Assembly (NCBI GenBank): GCA_965204575.1
Contig: OZ241993.1
Span: forward strand, 1,728,001 to 1,792,000
Direction of reading: 5' to 3'
Length of the DNA: 64,000 nt
Origin: an uncultured candidatus Porisulfidus sp.
GTDB lineage: Bacteria > Pseudomonadota > Gammaproteobacteria > Poriferisulfidales > Poriferisulfidaceae
Shown: positions 42,300 to 51,435 of the stretch, in pieces
Position numbering within the stretch: the first letter of the stretch is position 1
Layout: every line of letters starts with the position of its first letter
Notes under the pieces: model-generated
What the model was told of the DNA's origin: nothing
Database searches by the model: none
What the model saw: only the letters and a program-made list of their open reading frames with translations
Translations under genes and position numbers: made by a program

Positions 42300-43698
42300 T
42301 CCGGGCTGGCTGGCCGCGCTTCGCGACCTGGTCGACCCCGAGGACCTGCTCGACGACCCGGCCGACTGCTGGACCTACGGCTACGACAACAGCCGGCAGC
42401 ACAGTGCCCCGCAGGCCGTGGTCTTCGCCCGCGAGGCAAGCCAAATTCAGGATCTGGTCCGCTTCTGCCGGGCCCATCGCATCGCCCTGACTACCCGGGG
42501 CCTCGGCACCAACACTACGGGAGCCGCGGTGCCCTTGCAGCACGGCATCGTCCTCTCCACCGAGCGCATGAACCGGCTCCTGGACATTGACCCGCGCGAA
42601 CAGACCGCGCGGGTTGAACCCGGGCTCATCAACCAGCAACTCCAGGACGCGGCCGGCGAATACCGGCTGTTCTGGGCGCCGGACCCGTCCAGTTCCCCGT
42701 TTTGCACCATTGGCGGCAACCTGGCCTGCAATGCAGCCGGGCCCCGGGCGCTCAAGTACGGCACCACCCGCGACAACACGCTCCAGGTCCGGGCCATCAC
42801 CGGCGCTGGCGAGCCCCTGAGCGCCGGCACCCTGACTCGCAAGGGCGTGGTCGGATTCGATTTGATGCGCCTGCTGATCGGCTCGGAAGGAACGCTGGCG
42901 ATTTTCACCGAGGCGACCCTGCTGCTGCGCCCGCGCCCACAGGCGCTCGCGACCGCGCGCGCCGTCTATGCCGACCCCCAACATGCGATGGAAGCCATCG
43001 AGGCCATCCTCGCCCAACCCAACCTGCCGTGCGCGCTGGAATTCATGGACGCCGCCTGTCTGGACCTGATTCGCGACGACGGACAAGTAGAACTTCCGGA
43101 AAGCGCTCGCGCCCTCCTCCTGATCGATATTGATGGCGATGCCGACCAACTGCCGCAAACTTCCGCACCCATCGCCCAAGCGGCTTCTACCGAAAAATGC
43201 CTGGATTTTCAAATTGCTTTTGGGGATGAGGAACGCGAAACCTTGTGGCAGGCACGGCGCACGCTCTCACCCGCATTGCGCCGCATCGCTCCCGAGAAAA
43301 TCAACGAGGATGTCGTGGTCCCGGTCAGTCGGCTTGCGGAATTGCTGAAAGAACTGGATGAGATTCGTACACGTTATGCCATCCCCATCGTCTGCTTCGG
43401 GCATGCGGGATCTGGAAACATCCATGTCAACCTGATGCCGGACGGCTCGGATGAACAGCGAGAAATCGCTTTTCGCTGCCTGGATGAAGTTTTCGGGGCA
43501 GTCCTGCGCCTCGGAGGCACCCTGTCGGGCGAACACGGCGTAGGCATCGCGAAACGAGAGCACATCGCCCGCGAGCTGGATCCTGCTTCACTGAAGATGA
43601 TGCACGCGATCAAACGCGACTTCGACCCGGATGGCATCCTCAATCCGGGGAAGAACCTGCCGGACCCGGATGCATTTACAGACCAACCCCATGCTTGA
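42292..43698 (+). CDS. FAD-linked oxidase (GlcD/D-lactate dehydrogenase-like)
   Basis: PDPSS...TIGGNLACNAAG, GSEGTL, EDVVVP, GHAGSGN.H, SGEHGVG. Confidence 0.9.
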   Translation: MSDPGWLAALRDLVDPEDLLDDPADCWTYGYDNSRQHSAPQAVVFAREASQIQDLVRFCRAHRIALTTRGLGTNTTGAAVPLQHGIVLSTERMNRLLDIDPREQTARVEPGLINQQLQDAAGEYRLFWAPDPSSSPFCTIGGNLACNAAGPRALKYGTTRDNTLQVRAITGAGEPLSAGTLTRKGVVGFDLMRLLIGSEGTLAIFTEATLLLRPRPQALATARAVYADPQHAMEAIEAILAQPNLPCALEFMDAACLDLIRDDGQVELPESARALLLIDIDGDADQLPQTSAPIAQAASTEKCLDFQIAFGDEERETLWQARRTLSPALRRIAPEKINEDVVVPVSRLAELLKELDEIRTRYAIPIVCFGHAGSGNIHVNLMPDGSDEQREIAFRCLDEVFGAVLRLGGTLSGEHGVGIAKREHIARELDPASLKMMHAIKRDFDPDGILNPGKNLPDPDAFTDQPHA

Positions 43699-43722
43699 CC
43701 TTGGATCCTATCAGCGAATGGG

Positions 43723-44031
43723 TCAAGTGGATCCGGGGTGCGCCTTCTTGTAGTCTTGGTAATCCGATACTGAAATGTAAGACAGGATGGGAAACCCAGC
43801 GGCTCCTTTTTCACCTAGCCTCGGCAATATGCGACGTACGAGCCCCGTGGTTTTGTTCGAATCCAGCAGCCCTCCCTTCGTATTTGCCTCAAAAACGACT
43901 TTGATTCGATAGATCTCATCGCCATAGTGATCCAAATCCGAGACAGCATGAACCGACAGGATTTCGCTGCCAATCGCTTTCTGGGCAATCTTTTTAACTA
44001 TTTTTTCGACAAGGCGTTCTATGTCAGACAT
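43723..44031 (-). CDS. Hypothetical protein, possibly an MNT-like orphan antitoxin
   Basis: D.DHYGDEIYRIKVVF...LVRRI...L...GFP.LSY pattern; low GC. Confidence 0.55.
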   Translation of the reverse strand: MSDIERLVEKIVKKIAQKAIGSEILSVHAVSDLDHYGDEIYRIKVVFEANTKGGLLDSNKTTGLVRRILPRLGEKGAAGFPILSYISVSDYQDYKKAHPGST

Positions 44032-44152
44032 GGCTCATGAAAGTTAGATAACCCAAGGTGTACCTGATGAGGGATTGCCCTTTATGCCATCTGAATTTCC
44101 AGCCTTTCGCGAAATCTGCCCTAGCAGAAGCTAAAGCACACGTGTCTAGTTA

Positions 44153-44281
44153 TTACTTTTTGGGCGGCGGCGGCGGCGGCGGCGGCGGCTTAACAGCATT
44201 CGCAGGCATTGGTGAGACACCGCGCGCTGGCACTTCTCTACCACCGGATGGCGCATTCGGCACAGATGGTTTATTCGTCAT
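44153..44281 (-). CDS. 42-aa polyproline peptide, unannotated
   Basis: MTNKPSVPNAPSGGREVPARGVSPMPANAVKPPPPPPPPPKK; GGAG 6 nt before ATG, 3 nt after the upstream stop, tandem TAA TAA. Confidence 0.7.
   Translation of the reverse strand: MTNKPSVPNAPSGGREVPARGVSPMPANAVKPPPPPPPPPKK
44162..44188 (-). repeat. (CCG)8 CCC trinucleotide run encoding Pro9
   Basis: Plus strand gggcggcggcggcggcggcggcggcgg inside an otherwise low-GC patch. Confidence 0.9.
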
Positions 44282-44284
44282 GCT

Positions 44285-44917
44285 TCACTCCGCATCCTGT
44301 TCGCCAGAGGGCATAGGTAGAAATTCTATCATTTCTACTTCGGATGCGGTGACCAACATATGGGAAACCCCTTCAAGTGGTTCTCGTTTGTTTTCATCCT
44401 TCAACCACTCACATTTGACCATTAGGAAATGCTGGTCTTCCGCCCGACTCGGCCATTCCTGAGGCCAACCATATAAGCGACGTTCCCCTTTCAAATGCAA
44501 TACAACAAAACAGTCTCTATGGTTCGCGAAAGCCGAATATTGCGCTGATCGGTACGAACTCTCCCTTGTTAACCCCCACTCACGAAGGTGCCTATGCAAC
44601 CAATCGCGATTCCAAGTGCAGGCTGATATCAACCCGAGCATAACCGCTACAAGAACCAGCACCCACGTTGATATCTCCCACTTCCACTTATCACTGGACA
44701 GGATGTCCGGCCACATGGCTTCAATTCCAGAAAAAGCGGGCAATGCTGCCAATTGCACAAACATAGTGAAAACGAATGCCTGCACTATGACTTCAATTCC
44801 ACTCGGCTTTGAGTTTGAAATTAACGCTTGAAAAACTCCTGCGGCTACAAATCCCGGCAAGAGAAATAGAAGGACTCTTATGGTCTCGCTAGACTCCAAA
44901 ACTGCGAACAAATTCAT
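44285..44917 (-). CDS. DUF6338-like membrane protein (N-terminal TM helices, C-terminal small beta-barrel)
   Basis: LLFLLPGF, about three TM segments, then FVVLHLKGERRLYGW...FLM...W...MLV...EVEMIEF. Confidence 0.65.
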   Translation of the reverse strand: MNLFAVLESSETIRVLLFLLPGFVAAGVFQALISNSKPSGIEVIVQAFVFTMFVQLAALPAFSGIEAMWPDILSSDKWKWEISTWVLVLVAVMLGLISACTWNRDWLHRHLREWGLTRESSYRSAQYSAFANHRDCFVVLHLKGERRLYGWPQEWPSRAEDQHFLMVKCEWLKDENKREPLEGVSHMLVTASEVEMIEFLPMPSGEQDAE

Positions 44918-44961
44918 CCCTGAACCCTCTTGGTTCAGCATAACATGCCGAAGCGATTTTT

Positions 44962-45462
44962 TTAAACTTCCCGCGTGGAAAGCTGCTGCCGATACAACTC
45001 TGCATCTTGTTCTGAAAAACAGCAGCACACCAAGCGCTCGAAATCAGCCTCATGCTGGCGTAACGCTTCCAGCGCGACCCTCGCCGCCTCAGCTTTCGGA
45101 TAGCCATAGACCCCGGTGCTGATCGCCGGGAACGCCAGCGACCTGAGCTTTTCCTGCTCTGCCAGCCGGCAACTGTTGTGATAGCAGGATGCGAGCAACG
45201 CTTCCTCGCCTTCCTGGCCCCCTTTCCAAATCGGCCCGACCGTGAGGATCACGTGGCGAGCTTTCAGGCCGAAACCGGGCGCAATCTTCGCTTCCCCCGT
45301 CTCACACCCTCCCAGGGTGGCGGTAAACCGGGCCAGTTCCGGACCTGCCGCGCGGTGGATGGCGCCATCCACGCCTCCGCCCGGCATCAGGCTGGCGTTG
45401 GCGGCATTGACGATCGCATCGACCTCCAGGCCGGTGATGTCTCCGACGACGATTTCGATCAT
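44962..45462 (-). CDS. Macro domain protein (YmdB-like O-acetyl-ADP-ribose deacetylase)
   Basis: GDIT, VDAIVNAAN, GGGVDGAIHRAAG, FPAISTGVYGYP. Confidence 0.93.
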   Translation of the reverse strand: MIEIVVGDITGLEVDAIVNAANASLMPGGGVDGAIHRAAGPELARFTATLGGCETGEAKIAPGFGLKARHVILTVGPIWKGGQEGEEALLASCYHNSCRLAEQEKLRSLAFPAISTGVYGYPKAEAARVALEALRQHEADFERLVCCCFSEQDAELYRQQLSTREV

Positions 45463-45478
45463 GTCGGTCCCGCCTCCG

Positions 45479-45856
45479 TCACTTGACGACTTTCAGGTGG
45501 GGCGGCCCTTTCGGCGGGGTCGGATCCTCGTCCGAGGACGATGAAGATTTCCCGTCGTTCCAAGGAAAGACCAGTCCCTCATTGTTTTCCTTGCAAAAGA
45601 TGCGGGCCACTTTCTCCACGTCCAGAACCACGTGCTTCGAGACGCCCTGGAACCGGGCATGGAAGCGGATGCTTTCCTCGTCGATCACGAGGTCGCGCGC
45701 CGCACGCGGAGAAATGTTGTAGACAGTGAGTTGGTCGTCCTCCAGTGCCGTTCCGAATTCGGCACCTTCATTCCGGACCACCAGCATCGGGGTCAGGTCG
45801 TTGTCGACCACCCATTCGTAGATGGCGCGAATCAGGTAGGGGCGATTGGAGGTCAT
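45479..45856 (-). CDS. sspB: ClpXP adaptor SspB
   Basis: MTSNRPYLIRAIYEW.VDN, NIS..A, F.ARF.G, C-terminal HLKVVK. Confidence 0.93.
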   Translation of the reverse strand: MTSNRPYLIRAIYEWVVDNDLTPMLVVRNEGAEFGTALEDDQLTVYNISPRAARDLVIDEESIRFHARFQGVSKHVVLDVEKVARIFCKENNEGLVFPWNDGKSSSSSDEDPTPPKGPPHLKVVK

Positions 45857-45882
45857 CGCCGGATCGGCATGGAATCAGTCCG

Positions 45883-46491
45883 TCAGGACAGGTGCAGGTC
45901 CCGCTCGACTTCGGTCAGGCTGCGCTGGAAGCACGGACGCGAATAGACCTCGCGGGCGTATTTCCAAAGCGGTCCGGAGCTGCGCGGCATTTCGATCTTG
46001 TAGCTTTTCAGGCGCCACAGGATCGGCGCCAGCGAGGCGTCCAGCAAGGTGAAGCTGTCGCTGGTGAAGAATTTCTTGTTTTCCCGCTGCTTGAGTTCCG
46101 CCGTCACCCGGATCAGGAAATTCCGCATGGCCTCCCGGGCGGCAGCGGACTTTTTCGCGCCCGGCGAGTGCAGGTCGTCCAGTTGATCGTACAGGCGCCG
46201 CTCGATTTCAAGCAGCCACACCCGCGCCCGCGCCTTCCCGACCGGGTCGACCGGCATCAGGGGCGGATGCGGGAAGCGGTCATCCAGGTATTCCATGATG
46301 ATCCGCGGCTCCAGCAGCGTCATTCCCCGGTCGTTGAAGGTCGGCGTCGTGCCCTCGGGATTGAACACCAGCAGATCTTCGCGCTGCTGCGGATCGTCCG
46401 TGTATGCGTAGCGGGCCTGGGTCTCCTTCTCGGCCAGAACCATGCGGACCCGGTGACACTGCGGGCACTGGGGAGACGAGAACAGCTGCAT
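45883..46491 (-). CDS. sspA: Stringent starvation protein A (GST-like)
   Basis: HRVRMVLAEK, IIMEYLDDRFPHPPLMPVDP, LAPILWRL; petC-sspA-sspB synteny. Confidence 0.92.
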   Translation of the reverse strand: MQLFSSPQCPQCHRVRMVLAEKETQARYAYTDDPQQREDLLVFNPEGTTPTFNDRGMTLLEPRIIMEYLDDRFPHPPLMPVDPVGKARARVWLLEIERRLYDQLDDLHSPGAKKSAAAREAMRNFLIRVTAELKQRENKKFFTSDSFTLLDASLAPILWRLKSYKIEMPRSSGPLWKYAREVYSRPCFQRSLTEVERDLHLS

Positions 46492-46497
46492 GGCGTT

Positions 46498-47241
46498 TTA
46501 GTGGACGTCCTTCCAGTATTCGCGCTTGAGGAAATAGGCGAATCCTCCCAGCACCAGGAGGAACAGCAGCACCCACGTCCCCACGCTTTCGCGCGTCAGC
46601 CGCGCCGGCTCCGAAACATACACCAGGAACGAAGTGAGATCGACCACGATCTGCTCGTACTCTTCGGGGGTCTTCAGCCCCGGGGTCTCCAGCGTCAATC
46701 CCGTGATGACCGGCTTGCTCCCGTTTCCATTGTCGACTTCCTCCCATTCCGCGCGTTGCAGGCCCTGTTCCCGCCACAGCACGTGCGGCATGGTCGTGAA
46801 CGGGAAGGCCCAGTTGTTGACGCCCCAGGGACGGTTTTCGTCGGCGTAGAACGTCATCAGGTACTGGTAGATGTAGGTGCCCCCCTTCTGCCGGGCGAGC
46901 ATGCTCAGATCCGGCGGCTTCGCCCCGAACCACCGCTCGGCATCGTCCTGGGACATGGAGATTTCCATCCTTTCGCTGACGCGCCGACCGTTGAAGATCA
47001 GGTTGTCCGCCACCATCTGCATGTCCAGCCCCAAGTCCTCTCCGATCCGGCTGTAGCGGCTGTATTTCAGTGAATGGCAACCCAGGCAGTAATTAACGAA
47101 GTACTTGGCCCCCCGCTGCAAGGAGGCCCGATTGGTGAGATCGATCACCACTTGGTACCCGGGCAGTTCGGCTCCGACCGCAGCGAATGCGGGCCCGGCC
47201 GAACCCAGGCACAAGACCGACAGAAAAAGTGCGCGTTTCAT
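46498..47241 (-). CDS. petC: Cytochrome c1
   Basis: SLQRGAKYFVNYCLGCH (CxxCH), PPDLS, MPHVL, C-terminal TM and KREYWKDVH. Confidence 0.95.
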   Translation of the reverse strand: MKRALFLSVLCLGSAGPAFAAVGAELPGYQVVIDLTNRASLQRGAKYFVNYCLGCHSLKYSRYSRIGEDLGLDMQMVADNLIFNGRRVSERMEISMSQDDAERWFGAKPPDLSMLARQKGGTYIYQYLMTFYADENRPWGVNNWAFPFTTMPHVLWREQGLQRAEWEEVDNGNGSKPVITGLTLETPGLKTPEEYEQIVVDLTSFLVYVSEPARLTRESVGTWVLLFLLVLGGFAYFLKREYWKDVH

Positions 47242-48629
47242 CCGGTCAACCGGTCCGGCACTGGAAGGTCGCGCCCCAGTTTCTCGATGCCGCTGCCGAA
47301 AACCATGACGGCCACGAACACGGCCGGCATCAGCCAGCCCAGGAAGACCAGCATTCCGTGTCCGGGTTCTACTCTCACGACGTCGTAGAGACTGATCAGG
47401 CCCAGGACCACGACCAAGGTCAGCAAGCGTTCGAGGTTGCGGCGCGGGCGGCTGAAGAACCACAGGGCGATGAAGAACAGGAAGTACCATTCGCTGAAGC
47501 GCAGCGCGAGTTCGCTGTACAGCGGGGTCGGCGGGTTAAAGCCCAGATAGCCCAATGCCGCGAACGTGACCACGAACACGCCCAGGTTGATCTTGTACAG
47601 CAGGCTGCGATAGCGCACGGAACGCACCGGGTTGCGGTCGATCCATGGCAGGAAGAACAGGACCAGGATGGATAACAGCATGGCCAGCGCCCCGAACTGC
47701 GGGTCCGGGATCGCTCGGAGAACCGAATAGAACGGCGTGAAATACCACACCGGAACGATGTGCTCCGGGGTCAGCAGCGGGTTGGCCGGCGTGAAGTTGT
47801 CCGGCTCCAGGAAATAACCGCCCATTTCGGGGGCGAAGAACACCACCAGCGCGAACAGGAACAGGAACGCGATCGATCCCCAGATGTCCTTGACGGTGTA
47901 GTACGGGTGGAACGGGACGCCGTCCAGCGGCTTGCCGTCCGCGTCCTTCTGTTCCTTGATCTCGATGCCGTCGGGATTGTTGGAGCCCACCTCGTGCAGC
48001 GCCATGAGGTGCAACGCCACCAGCGCCAGAAGCGCCAGCGGGATGGCCGACACGTGAAGTGCGAAGAACCGGGTCAGGGTCGCGTCGGAGATCGCGAAAT
48101 CGCCACGCAACCAGATGGCGATATCCGGTCCGATCCAAGGAATGGTGCTGAACAGGTTGACGATGACCTGCGCGCCCCAGTACGACATGTTGCCCCAGGG
48201 CAGCAGGTAACCCATGAAGGCTTCCGCCATCAGCGTCATGTACAGGAACATGCCGAGCAGCCAGATCAACTCGCGGGGCGCCTTGAAGGAACCGTACATG
48301 ATGCCCCGGAACATGTGCAGGTACACCACGATGAAGAAGAACGACGCACCCGTGGAGTGCATGTACTGAATCAGCCAACCGAGAGGAACATCGCGGCGAA
48401 TGTATTCAAGGGAAGCGAACGCGAGTTCCGCGTCCGGCTTGTAGTGCATGGTCAGGAAGATGCCGGTAACGATCTGGATGACCAGCACCAGCAGTGCCAG
48501 CGAGCCGAAAAAGTACCAGAAGTTGAAGTTCTTGGGCGCGTAGTATTTCGCCAGATGATCGTTCCACAACTGCATCAGCGGGAAACGGGCGTCGATCCAG
48601 CCGATCAGGCCCTCGAAAAGGGATTTCAT
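47238..48629 (-). CDS. petB: Cytochrome b
   Basis: YAPKNFNFWYFFG, MHSTGAS, LPWGNMSYWG, PEHIVPVWYF. Confidence 0.97.
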   Translation of the reverse strand: MKSLFEGLIGWIDARFPLMQLWNDHLAKYYAPKNFNFWYFFGSLALLVLVIQIVTGIFLTMHYKPDAELAFASLEYIRRDVPLGWLIQYMHSTGASFFFIVVYLHMFRGIMYGSFKAPRELIWLLGMFLYMTLMAEAFMGYLLPWGNMSYWGAQVIVNLFSTIPWIGPDIAIWLRGDFAISDATLTRFFALHVSAIPLALLALVALHLMALHEVGSNNPDGIEIKEQKDADGKPLDGVPFHPYYTVKDIWGSIAFLFLFALVVFFAPEMGGYFLEPDNFTPANPLLTPEHIVPVWYFTPFYSVLRAIPDPQFGALAMLLSILVLFFLPWIDRNPVRSVRYRSLLYKINLGVFVVTFAALGYLGFNPPTPLYSELALRFSEWYFLFFIALWFFSRPRRNLERLLTLVVVLGLISLYDVVRVEPGHGMLVFLGWLMPAVFVAVMVFGSGIEKLGRDLPVPDRLTG

Positions 48630-49225
48630 GCGGGAGCGTCCTCGGGCATCTCGCCGATCAGGATTCGCGTATCGCTGACGAAACGGTACGGCGGCACCCG
48701 CAGGTTGGCGTTGGCCGGCACGTGGTCGTACACGCGGCCTGACAGGTCGAACCGGGAACCGTGGCAGGCGCAGAAAAATCCACCTTGCCACTCGGGGCCC
48801 AAGTCCTCCGGAGCCGCGTCGGGACGGTAGGTCGGGTTGCAGCCGAGGTGCGTGCAGATGCCGACCAGCACCAGGAACTCCGGATTCAGCGAGCGGTGGG
48901 AATTCCGCGCGAATTCTGGCTGTTGCTCTTGCTCGGAGTGCGGATCGCGGAGGTAACTGGCTTCAGCTTCCAGCGCCGCCACCATTTCGGGTGTACGACG
49001 AATAATCCAGACTGGCTGCTTGCGCCAGATCAGGTCGATCTTCTGACCCCATTCCATCTGCCCGATATCCACTTCGATCGGGGCGCCTGCCGTACGGGCG
49101 CGAGCGCTCGGAGACATGGATGCGATGAACGGCCACATGGCCACTGCGGCACCCGTTCCACCCACTAGGGCTGTGCTGCCGGTTAAAAACCTGCGGCGGC
49201 CCACATCAACTGTGTCATCTGGCAT
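48626..49225 (-). CDS. petA: Ubiquinol-cytochrome c reductase Rieske Fe-S subunit
   Basis: Tat motif RRRFL, CTHLGC and CACHGS. Confidence 0.96.
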   Translation of the reverse strand: MPDDTVDVGRRRFLTGSTALVGGTGAAVAMWPFIASMSPSARARTAGAPIEVDIGQMEWGQKIDLIWRKQPVWIIRRTPEMVAALEAEASYLRDPHSEQEQQPEFARNSHRSLNPEFLVLVGICTHLGCNPTYRPDAAPEDLGPEWQGGFFCACHGSRFDLSGRVYDHVPANANLRVPPYRFVSDTRILIGEMPEDAPA

Positions 49226-49363
49226 GTGCTGGGAATCTCCGGGCGATCAAAAAACACAGCCGCCACCCTTTTCGCGGGTCGACCGTGTCCACTCCATCTG
49301 CGGCGGCAAATTTTAACATATGCGGCTTGGCGTCTTGGCGTCAGCGAAATGCGATACCTCTTC

Positions 49364-50122
49364 TCAAGCCGGGTTCGAAATGTCGATGAACTGGTGGTGC
49401 AACCCGAATTTTTCCTCAAGATGCCGGCCGACGGCCTGCACGCCGTAACGCTCGGTCGCGTGATGGCCGCAGGCAAAATAATGCACCCCGCATTCGCGGG
49501 CCGTATGCACGGTCTGTTCGGAAATCTCCCCGCTGATGAAGGCGTCCAGTCCCAGGCGGGCCGCCTGTTCAATGAACTGCTGCCCGGCACCGGTGCACCA
49601 TCCAACCGTGGCGATCGGGTCTTTTCCCTCGGGGCCGGCCCATACCACCGGGTGCTGCAACCGCCCCTCCAGTTCGCCCGCGAATTCCTGTGCTGATTGC
49701 GGTTCTTTCAACCGTCCAACCCTTCCGGTCTCCGGGGCGCCGGGCTCCAGAAGGCCGGTGACATCCAGATCCAGGCATTCCGCCAGCTGGACGTTGTTTC
49801 CGAACTTCTCATGCGCGTCCAGCGGCAGATGGTAGGCGAACAAGTTGATGTCCGAAGCCAGCAGTGTGCGAAGCCGCCGCGCTTTCATCCCGGTGACCCT
49901 CGCATCTTCGTTTCGCCAGAAATACCCGTGATGCACGAGCAAGGCATCGGCACCCTGTTCCTGAGCGGCTTCGATCAACGCCTGGCTTGCGGTCACGCCC
50001 GAGATCAGCGCCTCGATCCGGTCGCGGCCCTCGACCTGCAACCCGTTGGGGCAATAGTCCGAGAATTCTGAAGGCTGGAGCAACTCGTCCAGGTAAGCGG
50101 AAAGATCCGTTCGCTCAACCAT
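49364..50122 (-). CDS. Nif3-like dinuclear metal centre protein (YbgI)
   Basis: DYCPNGLQVEG, VHHG, YHLPLDAH, GHHATE. Confidence 0.93.
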   Translation of the reverse strand: MVERTDLSAYLDELLQPSEFSDYCPNGLQVEGRDRIEALISGVTASQALIEAAQEQGADALLVHHGYFWRNEDARVTGMKARRLRTLLASDINLFAYHLPLDAHEKFGNNVQLAECLDLDVTGLLEPGAPETGRVGRLKEPQSAQEFAGELEGRLQHPVVWAGPEGKDPIATVGWCTGAGQQFIEQAARLGLDAFISGEISEQTVHTARECGVHYFACGHHATERYGVQAVGRHLEEKFGLHHQFIDISNPA

Positions 50123-51435
50123 CACTTCGAGTCGCTTCGCCAACGGGCCGAAGCGGCATGCGCACCCAAACCCTCCGCCTTCGCCAGACACTCGGCCAAG
50201 CCGGCAAGGTCCGCGGCACCGGCCTGCGACAGGCGAATGGTGCTGCTGCGCTTCTGGAAGTCGTAGACCCCCAGCGGCGACGCGAAGCGGGAAGCCCGCA
50301 TGGTCGGCAGCACGTGGTTGGGTCCGGCGCAGTAATCGCCCATCACCTCCGGGCTGTGCGCGCCCAAGAAGATCGCGCCGGCATGATGGATTCGATTCAT
50401 CACCGCATCCGGTTCCTCCAAGGCCAGTTGCAGGTGTTCGGGCGCCAGTCGGTCAACCAGTTCCGCGGCCTGCTCCAAATCGTCGGTCTGGATCAGCGCG
50501 CCGTTGGCCGCCAGGGATTCGCGGATGATTTTTGCGCGCGGCAGCCCTTCCAATTGCGCGGCCAACGCGTCCGCGACCGCATTGATGTGATCCAAGTCCG
50601 GGCTCAGGAGAATCGCCTGCGCCTGTTCGTCGTGCTCCGCCTGCGCCATCAGGTCCGCCGCCAGCCATCGCGGGTCCGCGCTGCCGTCGCTCACGACCAC
50701 CACTTCCGAGGGCCCGGCCACCATGTCGATCCCGACCCTGCCGAACACCTGCCGCTTGGCCTCGGCCACCCAGAGGTTTCCAGGCCCGACGATCTTGTCG
50801 ACTGCCGGGATGGTTTCCGTCCCCAGCGCCAGCGCGGCGACGGCCTGAGCGCCTCCCAGCGCCCATCCGCGATCAATGCCAGCCACATGCGCCGCCGCCA
50901 GCACGACCGGGTTGACCTGCCCATCCGGTATCGGGCTGACCATCAGGATTTCTCCCACCCCGGCGACTCTCGCCGGGATCGCGTTCATCAGTACCGAAGA
51001 CGGATACGCTGCAGTCCCTCCGGGGACATAGACGCCGACACGCTGCAGGGCATTGACCCGCTGCCCGAGCCGAGAGCCGTGTTCGTCCTCGAACTCGAAC
51101 GATTCCAGCTTCTGCCGCTGCGCGTAATCCCGGATTCGATCGGCCGCGGCCAGCAGCGCATCGCGCAGGGGTTCGTCCAGCGCCTCGAACGCGGCCTGAA
51201 AATCGGCCGCCTGCCAAAGCAGCGACGCCACCGAGCCGGCTTCGTGTCCGTCGTATTGCCGGGTGTATTCGAGCAGGGCGGCATCGCCGCGCGTGCGGAT
51301 CTCTTCGATGATGGCCGCGACTGCTTCGGCCTGTTCCGGGCGCGAATCCTGTGCCCTGCCGTCGATCAGCGCCTGAAATTCACCCTCAAATCCCGGCGCT
51401 CCGGTCGACAGAATGCGCGGGAAAGAAGTGCTCAT
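50122..51435 (-). CDS. hisD: Histidinol dehydrogenase
   Basis: [44 protein letters not shown]. Confidence 0.97.
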   Translation of the reverse strand: MSTSFPRILSTGAPGFEGEFQALIDGRAQDSRPEQAEAVAAIIEEIRTRGDAALLEYTRQYDGHEAGSVASLLWQAADFQAAFEALDEPLRDALLAAADRIRDYAQRQKLESFEFEDEHGSRLGQRVNALQRVGVYVPGGTAAYPSSVLMNAIPARVAGVGEILMVSPIPDGQVNPVVLAAAHVAGIDRGWALGGAQAVAALALGTETIPAVDKIVGPGNLWVAEAKRQVFGRVGIDMVAGPSEVVVVSDGSADPRWLAADLMAQAEHDEQAQAILLSPDLDHINAVADALAAQLEGLPRAKIIRESLAANGALIQTDDLEQAAELVDRLAPEHLQLALEEPDAVMNRIHHAGAIFLGAHSPEVMGDYCAGPNHVLPTMRASRFASPLGVYDFQKRSSTIRLSQAGAADLAGLAECLAKAEGLGAHAASARWRSDSK

